The translations under genes were made by a program, and so were the position numbers. From positions 1-35,539 of the forward strand of contig CAZWVP010000004.1 in assembly GCA_964636635.1 (NCBI GenBank): DNA of 35,539 bases, read 5' to 3'. This DNA is from an uncultured Candidatus Peribacteria bacterium. GTDB taxonomy: Bacteria > Patescibacteriota > Gracilibacteria > Peribacterales > Peribacteraceae. The first letter of the stretch is position 1. Each line of letters starts with the position of its first letter. The notes under the pieces were generated by a model, which searched no databases, was not told the DNA's origin, and saw nothing but the letters and a program-made list of their open reading frames with translations. Shown here piece after piece: positions 8,749 through 18,024 of this stretch.

Positions 8749-10173
8749 ATGTACCGCTTCGGTCTTCGTCTGCTGACGGCATCTTGCATACTCGCTCTGG
8801 CGGTGCCCGCGTTCGCTCAAACGGAAGCCGCACCGAAAAAAGTGGAAAGCGCGGTGCTGGAAAACTTGTACGAGCAGCTTCTGGCCTTACCCAACAATTC
8901 GTATTTGCAAAAACGCATCGCCGAAGAACGTCAGAACATTCGCAACCAAATAGACGACGAGCTGCAGGCCTTGGCGGACGCCGTACCTCAGGAACCGACG
9001 CAGACCGCCACCGATTTGCCGAAAACCGTCGACCGCCTGCGCACGCTCGTGAAAACGCTGCAAGACCAGCAGGAAGAGCGTCAGGTGGACAAAGACCTCC
9101 TGGAAGAAGAGGAACAAACGTACTACCTGCGACCTTCCGTCGGCACGGGCACGCAACTCCTGCCCGACGAATACCGCCTCACCAAAACGCACGCGGAATT
9201 GCTCGCGAAGAAAGCCGTGCTGGAAGAGCGCCTCGCCGCACTGCAGAACTTCCTGTTGCTGCAGCAAGACCGCCTCGCGCTTTTGGACCGTCAACAGCAA
9301 ATGCGACAATTCGAAACGGTGTTCACGTTGGGGAAATACGCCTTCGCCCTACTCTGCGTTTGGCTGGTGAACTGGCTGCTGCGAGCGTTGATCTTCTCGC
9401 AAATTCCGCAGAAAGAGCGACGCTACGTCATCATGAAGCTCTTCAGCTTCGTGCTCTACACGGTTACCGGTTTGTGGATCGTCGGCAGCTTGCTCTGGAC
9501 GTACCCGAACTTAAGCGCCGCCTTCGCCATCGTGGGCGCGGGTTTCACGTTGGCCTTCCAAGACGTCATCAAAGCGTTTCTGGGTTGGATGACCATCATC
9601 CAGAACCAACTGTTCACCAAAGGCGATCGCATTTCTCTGCAGGGCATCACGGGCGACGTCATCGACATTTCCATTCTGCGCACGGTCATCATTGAAGTGG
9701 GTCTGCCGCCGGCGAGCGTGCTGGAACGCACCGGCCGCGTGCTCTTCATTCCGAACAACCTCTTTCTCATTCATCCCGTCACGAACCACAACACCACGTC
9801 CGACTTTGCGAAAGCGGAACTGCGCTTCACGCTGACCTACGAAAGCAATTGGGAGGCGGTGAAGCCCTTGTTGGAAACCATCATCCGCGAGGAAACCGCG
9901 GCATACGTGGAACAGGAACGCCTGCAGCACGCCCAACGCACTTGGCGTTACTTCGTGCCCCACGAACCGAGCGCGGGCAAAGTGTTCGTGGAACCGGTGA
10001 CGGACGGCGTGGAAATGACGCTGCGCTTCAGCGTGCCCGTGGGCGACCGCCGCGAAGTGGGTTCGCGCATCACGCAACGCATGTTGGCCGAATTCCGCAA
10101 GCGCGACGACGTGACCTTCGCGTACCGCGTTTCACGCTCGGTGGAAGAGAAAGCCGAATCCCCCGACGCGTAG
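8749..10173 (+). CDS. Mechanosensitive ion channel family protein (MscS-like) with a long N-terminal secreted coiled-coil region
   Basis: Signal peptide MYRFGLRLLTASCILALAVPAFAQ, a Gln/Glu/Leu-rich helical region, TM helices, and the MscS beta-domain signature FTKGDRISLQGITGDVIDISILRTVIIE...FIPNN. Confidence 0.85.
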   Translation: MYRFGLRLLTASCILALAVPAFAQTEAAPKKVESAVLENLYEQLLALPNNSYLQKRIAEERQNIRNQIDDELQALADAVPQEPTQTATDLPKTVDRLRTLVKTLQDQQEERQVDKDLLEEEEQTYYLRPSVGTGTQLLPDEYRLTKTHAELLAKKAVLEERLAALQNFLLLQQDRLALLDRQQQMRQFETVFTLGKYAFALLCVWLVNWLLRALIFSQIPQKERRYVIMKLFSFVLYTVTGLWIVGSLLWTYPNLSAAFAIVGAGFTLAFQDVIKAFLGWMTIIQNQLFTKGDRISLQGITGDVIDISILRTVIIEVGLPPASVLERTGRVLFIPNNLFLIHPVTNHNTTSDFAKAELRFTLTYESNWEAVKPLLETIIREETAAYVEQERLQHAQRTWRYFVPHEPSAGKVFVEPVTDGVEMTLRFSVPVGDRREVGSRITQRMLAEFRKRDDVTFAYRVSRSVEEKAESPDA

Positions 10174-10176
10174 ATC

Positions 10177-10884
10177 ATGAAAGTGCATCGCTTTTTCACC
10201 TCATGGCACGCGCAGGGCGACACGTTGACGATTTCGGACGCAGCCGTCTGCCATCAGGCGAGTCGCGTCTTGAAACTGCGCCCCGGCGAACGCATCGCGG
10301 TTTGCGACGGCACGGGCAAGGAGTACGCATGCGACATTGCGGAAATTTCGCCGCAGGAAGTGCGTCTCACGATCATCGATGAACGTGTCTGCGCCGACGC
10401 GCATTTGCCGCACGTCACACTCTGTTGCGCGCTGCTGAAACGTGAAAACTTCGAGTGGGTGGTGCAAAAAGCCACCGAAGTCGGCGTCACGCGCATCGTG
10501 CCCCTGCTCACCGACCGCACCATTAAAACCGGACTCAAGCACGAGCGACTCGTGAAAATTGCCGCGGAAGCCGCGGAACTTTCGGGTCGCGGGCGCGTGC
10601 CGGAGATTACGGAACCTATGACGATGGAGCAGGCGTTGAAGATGTGCAATGCGAATGATCGGCACTGCTTCTATCACACGGAAAGCAAAGAGCACGTATC
10701 TGATCACTCCCCGCTCCCCGCTCCCCGCTCCGTCCTCTGGATAGGCCCCGAAGGCGGTTGGAGCGAACGAGAAGTCGCTCTCGCCAAAGAGTACGGACTG
10801 ACGTTTTCCACGCTCGGACCGCTGGTACTGAGGGGGGAAACCGCCGCGGTGGTGGCAACCTACGTGGCGGTGCACGGAGCATGA
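10177..10884 (+). CDS. rsmE: 16S rRNA (uracil1498-N3)-methyltransferase RsmE
   Basis: MKVHRFF N-terminus, PUA-like N-domain, KRENFEWVVQKATEVGVTRIVPL and IGPEGGWSEREV motifs, about 235 aa. Confidence 0.9.
   Translation: MKVHRFFTSWHAQGDTLTISDAAVCHQASRVLKLRPGERIAVCDGTGKEYACDIAEISPQEVRLTIIDERVCADAHLPHVTLCCALLKRENFEWVVQKATEVGVTRIVPLLTDRTIKTGLKHERLVKIAAEAAELSGRGRVPEITEPMTMEQALKMCNANDRHCFYHTESKEHVSDHSPLPAPRSVLWIGPEGGWSEREVALAKEYGLTFSTLGPLVLRGETAAVVATYVAVHGA
10707..10732 (+). repeat. Heptanucleotide tandem repeat (CTCCCCG)x3 plus a partial copy, inside rsmE
   Basis: Perfect copies at 10707-10713, 10714-10720 and 10721-10727, followed by CTCCG. It encodes the SPLPAPRS linker. Confidence 0.9.
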
Positions 10885-10885
10885 C

Positions 10886-10918
10886 AAAAACGGCTGCCTG
10901 GGTGAACCAAGCAGCCGT
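10886..10918 (-). terminator. Probable rho-independent terminator for the minus-strand transporter gene
   Basis: Read on the minus strand: stem ACGGCTGC / GCAGCCGT (8 bp, internal TGG/CCA extension) followed by TTTTTGT. On the plus strand no T-run follows the hairpin. Confidence 0.5.
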
Positions 10919-10976
10919 CGGCTTCGCCGATACAAAGGGCGGAGCAAATCCTTCACGATCGGAAACCCTCCTCTCT

Positions 10977-12395
10977 TTAACGGGGTAAAAACCAAAAACA
11001 GACGAATGCCACGACGGTCGGCGGCGTGGCTGCGACGAGCAACCATAACGGACTAATCCCGTTTTTAAATTTCTGCTCGAACGCAGGGTTCAGCACGGCG
11101 TACCCGGCCGGGTTGGGCGCGTTGGCAATGACCGTGAGGCCACCGCCGGTAACCGCACCCGCGACCAGAGCGTACTTCATGCCTTCGCTTAGGTCTTCCA
11201 CCTGACTGCCGAGAAACGTGAGCGCCGCGTTGTCGGTGACTGCGGTAAGGCCGGTACAACCGACGAACAACGGGAACTCCCCGAGCATGGCAAGCAACGG
11301 TTGCAGCCACCAGCTCTGCAGGCCACCCAGAGTGACGAGACCGGCTAGAAACCCGCCGACCAACATCGATTCCTTCAACTTCAACGGCTCTTGGAATTCC
11401 CGTGTTACGGCACAGAAACCCAAGAAAAACACGAACACACCCAGAAACACATCCGCATGGTGAGCCGTAAGCACCACCATGGCCATGGACCCGAGATGAA
11501 CCAACTTGACCCACCACGGCACGGGCATGGCCCCCGCGCCGGCATCGTGTCGGTCGCTATCGTCTTGCAACTGCAGTGCAGCGAGCTCCTTGCGGAAGCT
11601 CCATCCAACGACTGCGGCGTTGACGACAACGGCGACCACGGCCTTCCAGCCGAAATTACGCATCATGTACTCAATGCTCCATTCCCAAACCGCCGCTACC
11701 ATCAACACGGGCGGCGCGGCGAAATTCGTGAGAACCCCGCCGATGGAAACGTTTACAAACAACGTACCCAGCATGCAGTACATGAACCACTGACTCACGC
11801 CGGACCGACTGAAAAACTGGCGGTAGAGCACGAGCGCCGTGACCGTCATGGCCGCGGGCTCCGTAACAAACGACCCCAGTAGCGGCCCGACGACCAACGC
11901 ACTGATGAGAAAGGCTTGTGCCTCGGTGAGAAACGGCAGCACTTTCCGTAAGCCGACGCCGAAGGAGCGAATGCAAGCATCCACCACCTCAATTACAGGT
12001 CTCGTCGCCGCCATCGTCATGATGACGAAGACGAATTTCGGCTCCGTATAATTGAGGCTGCCGACGTAGGCCACGGCTTGGCTCCATCCACCGAGTGAGG
12101 CCAGACCCATAAACAGAGCCCCGGCCCACATTACGAAGACGGCTTCGGTTTCTCCCAGCAAGTGCAACAGATTCTCCATCATGCTGCCTTCGGGAAAGTG
12201 GTGAGCCCAGCTCTTGAAAAAGCCCACCATGAAGGTGTGCAATACGGCAACGGCAAAGAGCGCCGTCGCCAAGTACTGCATACCGTTCACCGGGCCATTC
12301 CAAGTAAGCGCACCGTGACCGTGCTCCTCCGCACAGGCCACCATCGGCAACGACACGATCGTCGCCAATGCAATCAACAATGTTCGAACATTCAC
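10977..12395 (-). CDS. Polytopic inner-membrane transporter, possibly a putative Na+/H+ antiporter-like family
   Basis: About 11-12 hydrophobic helices and an N-terminal signal-like segment (LIALATIVSLPMVACA). The GTG start at 12393-12395 is preceded by GGAGGTG (SD) at about 5 nt spacing. The family assignment comes from overall resemblance only. Confidence 0.8.
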   Translation of the reverse strand: MNVRTLLIALATIVSLPMVACAEEHGHGALTWNGPVNGMQYLATALFAVAVLHTFMVGFFKSWAHHFPEGSMMENLLHLLGETEAVFVMWAGALFMGLASLGGWSQAVAYVGSLNYTEPKFVFVIMTMAATRPVIEVVDACIRSFGVGLRKVLPFLTEAQAFLISALVVGPLLGSFVTEPAAMTVTALVLYRQFFSRSGVSQWFMYCMLGTLFVNVSIGGVLTNFAAPPVLMVAAVWEWSIEYMMRNFGWKAVVAVVVNAAVVGWSFRKELAALQLQDDSDRHDAGAGAMPVPWWVKLVHLGSMAMVVLTAHHADVFLGVFVFFLGFCAVTREFQEPLKLKESMLVGGFLAGLVTLGGLQSWWLQPLLAMLGEFPLFVGCTGLTAVTDNAALTFLGSQVEDLSEGMKYALVAGAVTGGGLTVIANAPNPAGYAVLNPAFEQKFKNGISPLWLLVAATPPTVVAFVCFWFLPR

Positions 12396-12591
12396 GAAAC
12401 ACCTCCGTCTGTAGAAAAAAGGGTTAGCCGACGTTGTGAAAAATCAGATTTCCCACTCCTTTGCTGCGATACAAATGCAGAAAAGAGGGGTTGGGCAGTG
12501 TAGGGATTTGACGCAAAACTACAAGGGTGCAAAATGTTATTATCCAACAAAATGCTGGTATTCCCTGTTCGCAGGAGTATGCTTGGGCTAC

Positions 12592-13857
12592 ATGGAAACC
12601 GAACATTTGACATTTGAAGGACTCGGCATCATTCCCGAAATCCTCACGCTGCTGGAAAAACACAAGCTCCAGACCCCCACCCCCATTCAGTTGCAAGCCA
12701 TCCCTTCGGGCGTGGCCGGCAAAGACATCGTGGGCATCGCCCAAACGGGTACGGGCAAAACCTTCGCCTTCGGCATTCCGTTGGTGCAGAGGTTGTTCCA
12801 GTCTCCGGGTCGAGCGCTCATTTTGGCTCCCACGCGCGAACTGGCTTACCAAATCGCCGAATCGTTGGAACGCTTGGCTCGCCCGCTGCACATTGGCATC
12901 GCGGTGTTCGTCGGCGGCGCCAGCATGGAAAAGCAACGAGGAGACCTGCGCCGCAACCCGCGCATTTTGGTGGCCACTCCCGGCCGCCTGAACGACCACT
13001 TGGAACGCCGCACGGTGAGCCTGAAGGAAGTGAACGTGCTCGTGCTCGACGAAGCGGACATGATGCTCGACATGGGCTTTAAACCGCAAATCGACCGCGT
13101 GCTTTCGTACGTGCCCATGGAACGCCAGACCATGCTCTTTTCCGCCACCATGCCGAAGGAAATTCTGCAGTTGGCGCAAACGCAAATGCGCTTGCCGTTG
13201 AAAATAGAAGTGGCGCCTCCGGGCACGGGTGCGTCCACGGTGTCGCATGAACTCTTCATGGTGCAGAAAGACCAAAAACTCTCGCTGCTCGCACACTTGC
13301 TCACGGAAGAAACCGGCTCGGTGTTGGTGTTCTCCCGCACGAAGCACGGCGCCAAGCGCATCATGCAACAGGTGAAAGCCCTCGGGCACGCCGCGGCGGA
13401 AATTCACAGCAACCGTTCGTTGGCCCAGCGCCGCGAAGCTTTGGAAGGGTTCAAGCGCGGCACGTACCGCGTACTGGTTGCCACCGACATCGCGTCGCGC
13501 GGCATTCACGTCACGAACATCGCCATGGTGGTGAACTACGACTTGCCCGCCGCTCCCGACGACTACGTGCACCGCTCCGGCCGCACGGGTCGAGCCGGCC
13601 GCGAAGGCCGTTCCATCGCCTTTGCCACGCCCGACCAAGTGCGCGACATTCGCGACATCGAGCGCCTCATGCGCAAGCCGCTCCCCCGCGGAGCCCTGCC
13701 GGCGCATTTGCCCAAACCGAACATTTCCCTGCCGCCCGAAACCTTCGAAGGATTCCGCCCGCGCCGCCCGAGCGGCGGTGGAGGCAATCGCTTCGGCGGT
13801 GGCCGTTCCGGTGGCGGCCGCTCAAGCAGTGGCGGTGGCAGAAGGTTTTCCCGCTAA
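12592..13857 (+). CDS. DEAD-box ATP-dependent RNA helicase with a C-terminal RGG-rich tail
   Basis: Q motif (TFEGLG...PTPIQ), AQTGTGKT, DEAD, SAT and HRSGRTGRAG, with tail GGGGNRFGGGRSGGGRSSSGGGRRF. Alternative start TTG 12583 sits 5 nt after AGGAG. Confidence 0.92.
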   Translation: METEHLTFEGLGIIPEILTLLEKHKLQTPTPIQLQAIPSGVAGKDIVGIAQTGTGKTFAFGIPLVQRLFQSPGRALILAPTRELAYQIAESLERLARPLHIGIAVFVGGASMEKQRGDLRRNPRILVATPGRLNDHLERRTVSLKEVNVLVLDEADMMLDMGFKPQIDRVLSYVPMERQTMLFSATMPKEILQLAQTQMRLPLKIEVAPPGTGASTVSHELFMVQKDQKLSLLAHLLTEETGSVLVFSRTKHGAKRIMQQVKALGHAAAEIHSNRSLAQRREALEGFKRGTYRVLVATDIASRGIHVTNIAMVVNYDLPAAPDDYVHRSGRTGRAGREGRSIAFATPDQVRDIRDIERLMRKPLPRGALPAHLPKPNISLPPETFEGFRPRRPSGGGGNRFGGGRSGGGRSSSGGGRRFSR

Positions 13858-13872
13858 TTCCCGTTTCCCCCT

Positions 13873-13902
13873 TTGTCTCGTAGGGACGGTTTGCGGTATG
13901 GT
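13873..13902 (+). promoter_or_regulatory. Candidate promoter for the orphan two-gene operon
   Basis: TTGTCT (13873-13878), 18-nt spacer, TATGGT (13897-13902), 11 nt upstream of ATG 13914. No SD is visible, so the leader would be very short. Confidence 0.2.
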
Positions 13903-13913
13903 ATGCGACCACC

Positions 13914-15665
13914 ATGCGCATTTCCTCTTTCGACACGCTCCGCGAACGCAATACCGCAGCCGTCGCTCACAACGAGGCCAAAGCGGCCACAGCCAAGCCC
14001 GGCCGCACGCAAAACCGTTTCCACACGCGCATCCAAACGTTGCTCGGTCAACGTGTGGAACTGGAAAATTTGGCCAGCACCCAAGATGTGCGCGACGAAT
14101 ACGGCGCCGAAGCGTGGCATGAACGCTTCATACTCTTGCGTGAATTGCCGCCCGACGAACGTGATGCCGCTTGGCTTCAACTTGCCAAATCACACTATCG
14201 CCTGTTTCAAGAACTGTTCTGCCAACCGCACCAAGCGAGTGTGCCGCGTTCGCTTCCGAAACAGCCCGGCGGCGGCGAACGCCTGACGGTGGACGGTTGC
14301 CTGCCCAGTGCCGACCGGGTGCGTCCGGATTTACTGCTCGACGTGGGCTTGCTCACGAAAGACGAATGGGAGGAAGCCGAAACGCAATTGGACAAGCTGG
14401 CTCTCATCAAAAGCAAAATCCCCGCTCTGCAACACCTGTGGAACAACGCGGAAGATTTGGAGCCCGGCAACATGCGTTGGTTGGTGGTGAAGCAGGGTCC
14501 GCACGCCGAGCACATCGAGCCGCTGGAACCACGCGTGCCGGGCTCACTGCTCTACACGCGCGAAATGCACAGCGGAGACGAAGCCGCGTTCCACCTGCGC
14601 ACCGTCCAATACTTCCCCAACGCGCTTTCGGCCTACCGCAAAACCTGGCATCAGGAAGCGGCGTACCACGAAGAAACAGACTTGCTGATGGGCCTGCATG
14701 CGGAACTGGACATGCTGCGGACGCTTCTCAACGAAGAGTGGACGCGCAATGCGCCCGAAGAGCGAAAAGCGGAACTGCGCACGCACACGCAAGAAACCAT
14801 CGCCCGCTGGACGAAAGTGCTCGCTTCATGCACGAACAAGCACAAAGCGGAGTCGTATGAATTTTTGGCGAAAGCTCTGACGTTCGAAGACAAAACCGGC
14901 AAGCCGAACGTGTCGGTGGTCATGACGCGCATCACCGGGGCGCTCGGTCGCATAGAACCCAAACGCGGCAAGGAAATGACGGGCAAGAGCGGCTACAACC
15001 AGCGCGACCGTCAAGCCCTGCACCGCCGCATCGCTCAGGAAGAAGGTCGCCTGCTCTACTTCCGCCGCGCGGTGGAAGGCGCGGCTCACGAGTTCGAACG
15101 AAACCCGTCGGCCGACGTGCGTGAACGCCTGCGTCACGCCGTGTCGGCCCTGCGCACCATCGGCCTGGCACCGTTCAACGTGTGGGCGGAAAAACTGGCG
15201 CAGGAGCATGAAGCGCTTCTGCAAACGCAGGAACCCGCGGGCATTCGGGAAAAACTCGTTTCCTTGCACGTCATCGGCAAGTTTCAGGGACTCGTGTCGG
15301 ACATTGAACGCATGAAACTGTTTTTGGCGCAGGAAAAAGACTTGAACATTCCGCGTCTCATGGAATTCGCCGAACAGGTGCGCACGGCTTTCGGCACGAG
15401 GCAGGTGTTTCCCGCCGAAACCGTGGAAGCCCTTAAGCCCGTTTTTGAAACCTTATTGAAGGAAGTGGAGCGCATGGCCACGCGCCTGCAGCACTACCAA
15501 AAACATCCGCCCATCCGCGCCGAGCGTCGCGAGGTGAAGAAGAATTTGAAGAAGTTCCTGAATGGCCTGAACGTGGAAAGCTTGCTGTCGGGCAGTCACG
15601 CGTCATCGAATGAACACGCTCCGGTCCCGCCGGTTTCGCCCGCGGAAAAACCGGTGATATCCTGA
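13914..15665 (+). CDS. Hypothetical protein (583 aa, apparently cytoplasmic and helix-rich, no motif recognised)
   Basis: Long ORF with balanced amino-acid composition and GC-rich third positions, while the antisense ORFs are Arg/Gly/His-rich shadows. No signal peptide or TM. Confidence 0.75.
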   Translation: MRISSFDTLRERNTAAVAHNEAKAATAKPGRTQNRFHTRIQTLLGQRVELENLASTQDVRDEYGAEAWHERFILLRELPPDERDAAWLQLAKSHYRLFQELFCQPHQASVPRSLPKQPGGGERLTVDGCLPSADRVRPDLLLDVGLLTKDEWEEAETQLDKLALIKSKIPALQHLWNNAEDLEPGNMRWLVVKQGPHAEHIEPLEPRVPGSLLYTREMHSGDEAAFHLRTVQYFPNALSAYRKTWHQEAAYHEETDLLMGLHAELDMLRTLLNEEWTRNAPEERKAELRTHTQETIARWTKVLASCTNKHKAESYEFLAKALTFEDKTGKPNVSVVMTRITGALGRIEPKRGKEMTGKSGYNQRDRQALHRRIAQEEGRLLYFRRAVEGAAHEFERNPSADVRERLRHAVSALRTIGLAPFNVWAEKLAQEHEALLQTQEPAGIREKLVSLHVIGKFQGLVSDIERMKLFLAQEKDLNIPRLMEFAEQVRTAFGTRQVFPAETVEALKPVFETLLKEVERMATRLQHYQKHPPIRAERREVKKNLKKFLNGLNVESLLSGSHASSNEHAPVPPVSPAEKPVIS

Positions 15666-15675
15666 TCCCAATGCC

Positions 15676-16272
15676 ATGGAAGCCACGCACACCTGTTACG
15701 TCGGCATCAGCACACCGGATGAATCCGTCATTCCGTGGAAACGTGACTTGGAAAAACGTCCACACATCCCGGGAGACTTGCAAGACCCCGCCACCATCGA
15801 CTACATGGAACTGCTGATGGATCAACTCTGCGCCGAGCCGTCCGAAGCCGAAATAGAGCCGCAGACGTCCTATGTTTCGCAGCGCATCAAAGACTACCTG
15901 GAGCGCTGGCGCGACGTGCTGTATGCACTCACGGAAGAGTGCAAAATTCCGCTCGCGTGGGACTACGTGCCGAACTTGTCCCATACCACATCGGACTACC
16001 ACGACATCGTCGTCACCTTGAACCCCGCAAAACGTGCTCAAGAAGTGGAAACCATCTTCACGCAATGCCTGCGCAATCCGCATTTGGCGGTGGTGTTGGC
16101 ACAAGACGAGGAGCCTTCGGGCATGCTCGCCGAAGTGATGAAGCACTGCAACATCGCCTGCGAACGCATCATTCACCTGCCCTTCCAAGGCGGTTGGGAA
16201 GAAGGTCTGAAACGTACCGCCGCGCATTTGCTGAGCGTTTCCTACGTGCGCAAACACGGCCTGGCTTCGTAA
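15676..16272 (+). CDS. Hypothetical protein (198 aa), probably co-transcribed with 13914-15665
   Basis: Starts 10 nt after the upstream stop. Codon third-position GC bias is consistent with coding, and no motif was recognised. Confidence 0.7.
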   Translation: MEATHTCYVGISTPDESVIPWKRDLEKRPHIPGDLQDPATIDYMELLMDQLCAEPSEAEIEPQTSYVSQRIKDYLERWRDVLYALTEECKIPLAWDYVPNLSHTTSDYHDIVVTLNPAKRAQEVETIFTQCLRNPHLAVVLAQDEEPSGMLAEVMKHCNIACERIIHLPFQGGWEEGLKRTAAHLLSVSYVRKHGLAS

Positions 16273-17958
16273 CTACGCAGGTAGAAGCAAGCGACGCAAG
16301 GCGGGCAACATGCGCAGCTTGCCGCTTTCGCGAAGCAGTCGGGACTGCACGGTTTTGGACCGAGGTTGCGCCGGCGATTCCGAAAGCAGAGGCACGGAAA
16401 GCGCGGCCTGCAATTTGCCGGAATCTTGCAACACCTTGGACACGTCGGACATGCGCAAGGCCGAAAGCTCCGGCGAACGCTCCTCTCCCGAATACACGAT
16501 GGAATAGTCGTCGGGCAGAGTCGGATCCAAGGCGTCGGTGAGGGAAAGTGTTTTCGCTTGTTCTCGCAAAAGCTGGCCCGTCATGCCGTCGGCATAAAGC
16601 AGCACGTCCATGACGGTGGCGGGGTACAGCGCGGCGTCGCGGTGTTCCAAGAAGAGCAAAATCAGCTCGCCGCCCAGTTGTCTGCCGGGAAGCGTGGCAA
16701 TGCTCTGTGCCACTTCCGGCTCCCCCGTTTCCTGCAGAAGCTGCATCCACGCTTCCTGCATACGCGGCAAATACGTAATTTGTCCCAAGCCGCCCAAGCA
16801 GTGCAGGCCGTGCTCGAAACAGCAAGTCAGGAACGTCATGAGCGTGCTCGGCATGAGTTCGCGCCGGCGCAAACGTTCGGCTATTTCCGCTGGTGTGCAG
16901 GCAAAGCGCACGGTGCCGTCGACGGAGACCAGATCGTCTCCCTCCGGCCACAGGCTCACGCGGCGCTCTTCGGGAGTGATGTGCCAAAACAGGTACGTGC
17001 CTTTCTTCCGTTCGAACGAAAACGTTTCGGGCAAATCCGCGAACAATCTGCGGAAAGATGCCGCGTAGGCGGGGTCGAACAGCGTGCGGTACAAACGGCT
17101 CGTCGGTTCCGCACAGTGTTGCTCCGCAAGCAAACGAGCAGTGAGCGTTTCAATATCGAGGTACACAAGTTCTCCCGCCTTGCGCAAACCCAACGCCGAA
17201 CGCACCGCGCGCCACAAGTGAAAATTGCTTTTGGTCACTTGCTCCGTAAAACGCAGAGCCGTTTTGCAGACACCGCCGAAAATATTCCGCACGAAGTGCC
17301 CCAAGCGCTCGCGACCGAACGCATCGCTTTCCTGCTCCACTATGCGTGCGGCATTCTGCAAATCCGCTTCGCTGTACGCGCGGAAGTTGTACACGCACCG
17401 CGAACTGACGCTGTTGGGAAAAAGCGGAATGCGCACGGGCACGGCCGGCGTAGCCGAACTGGTATACGTGACGCCGCGAGGAAAATAGCAGTTGTTGAAC
17501 GACACGCTCGCATACGCCAATGAAATGTGATGTTTCAGCAGCGGATCCGGATGCTCGTCCATCACGAGCGACGCCAACATCGTGTAGTGCAACACCCACG
17601 GGTGGTGCAAGGGCCCGAAATGGTCGGTGGTGGAAGCGCTGTAGTATTTTTCCAGTTGCGCAGCGACCGACTTCGCGGTGGAGGCATCCAAACGCTCATG
17701 CACCAAATCCTTCACCGCGGCGATGAACTGCTTCTTGCGGATCTCCTCGCGCGGGGGAGGCGTGGGCACTGTCAGATAACTCTTCACGAAATCGTACGCG
17801 GACAAGTGCCCGCTCTCGCGCAAAAGCACATCGTACCCCACGCGACGCTTTCTCACGGCCTCACGCAGTGCCGTAACCGAAGTGGGCATCCCCGCTTGTG
17901 CGGGGAGTCGTAAGAGCGGGTCCTCGGGACTTGACACTGAAGTTGAATTGTTACTCAT
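16273..17958 (-). CDS. Hypothetical protein (561 aa), no motif recognised
   Basis: Long ORF with natural composition, while the overlapping plus-strand ORF 16366-17523 is an Arg/Gln/His-rich shadow. Its stop abuts the stop of the convergent gene at 16272/16273. Confidence 0.75.
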   Translation of the reverse strand: MSNNSTSVSSPEDPLLRLPAQAGMPTSVTALREAVRKRRVGYDVLLRESGHLSAYDFVKSYLTVPTPPPREEIRKKQFIAAVKDLVHERLDASTAKSVAAQLEKYYSASTTDHFGPLHHPWVLHYTMLASLVMDEHPDPLLKHHISLAYASVSFNNCYFPRGVTYTSSATPAVPVRIPLFPNSVSSRCVYNFRAYSEADLQNAARIVEQESDAFGRERLGHFVRNIFGGVCKTALRFTEQVTKSNFHLWRAVRSALGLRKAGELVYLDIETLTARLLAEQHCAEPTSRLYRTLFDPAYAASFRRLFADLPETFSFERKKGTYLFWHITPEERRVSLWPEGDDLVSVDGTVRFACTPAEIAERLRRRELMPSTLMTFLTCCFEHGLHCLGGLGQITYLPRMQEAWMQLLQETGEPEVAQSIATLPGRQLGGELILLFLEHRDAALYPATVMDVLLYADGMTGQLLREQAKTLSLTDALDPTLPDDYSIVYSGEERSPELSALRMSDVSKVLQDSGKLQAALSVPLLSESPAQPRSKTVQSRLLRESGKLRMLPALRRLLLPA

Positions 17959-17995
17959 ATGACATTTTTCACTCTACACCCGAATGGGAAATTCT

Positions 17996-18012
17996 GAATA
18001 CAAAATGTATTC
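17996..18012. promoter_or_regulatory. Perfect inverted repeat GAATACA-AAA-TGTATTC in an AT-rich 66-nt spacer
   Basis: The 7-bp arms are read directly. The repeat lies between the stop of 18025-19068 and the start of 16273-17958. Function (operator or small hairpin) is unknown. Confidence 0.2.
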
Positions 18013-18024
18013 AACAAGAAAAAG

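Noticed and set aside
12508-12536. TTGACG as a -35 box for the helicase
   Set aside because: The hexamer 17 nt downstream (AAAATG) is a poor -10, and no better partner was found.
12424-13707. 427-aa minus-strand ORF
   Set aside because: It is antisense to the DEAD-box helicase, which has all canonical motifs.
16366-17523. 385-aa plus-strand ORF, and likewise 15433-16257 on the minus strand
   Set aside because: Both have Arg/Gln/His/Gly-rich shadow composition, whereas the opposite-strand ORFs have balanced composition and GC-rich third codon positions.
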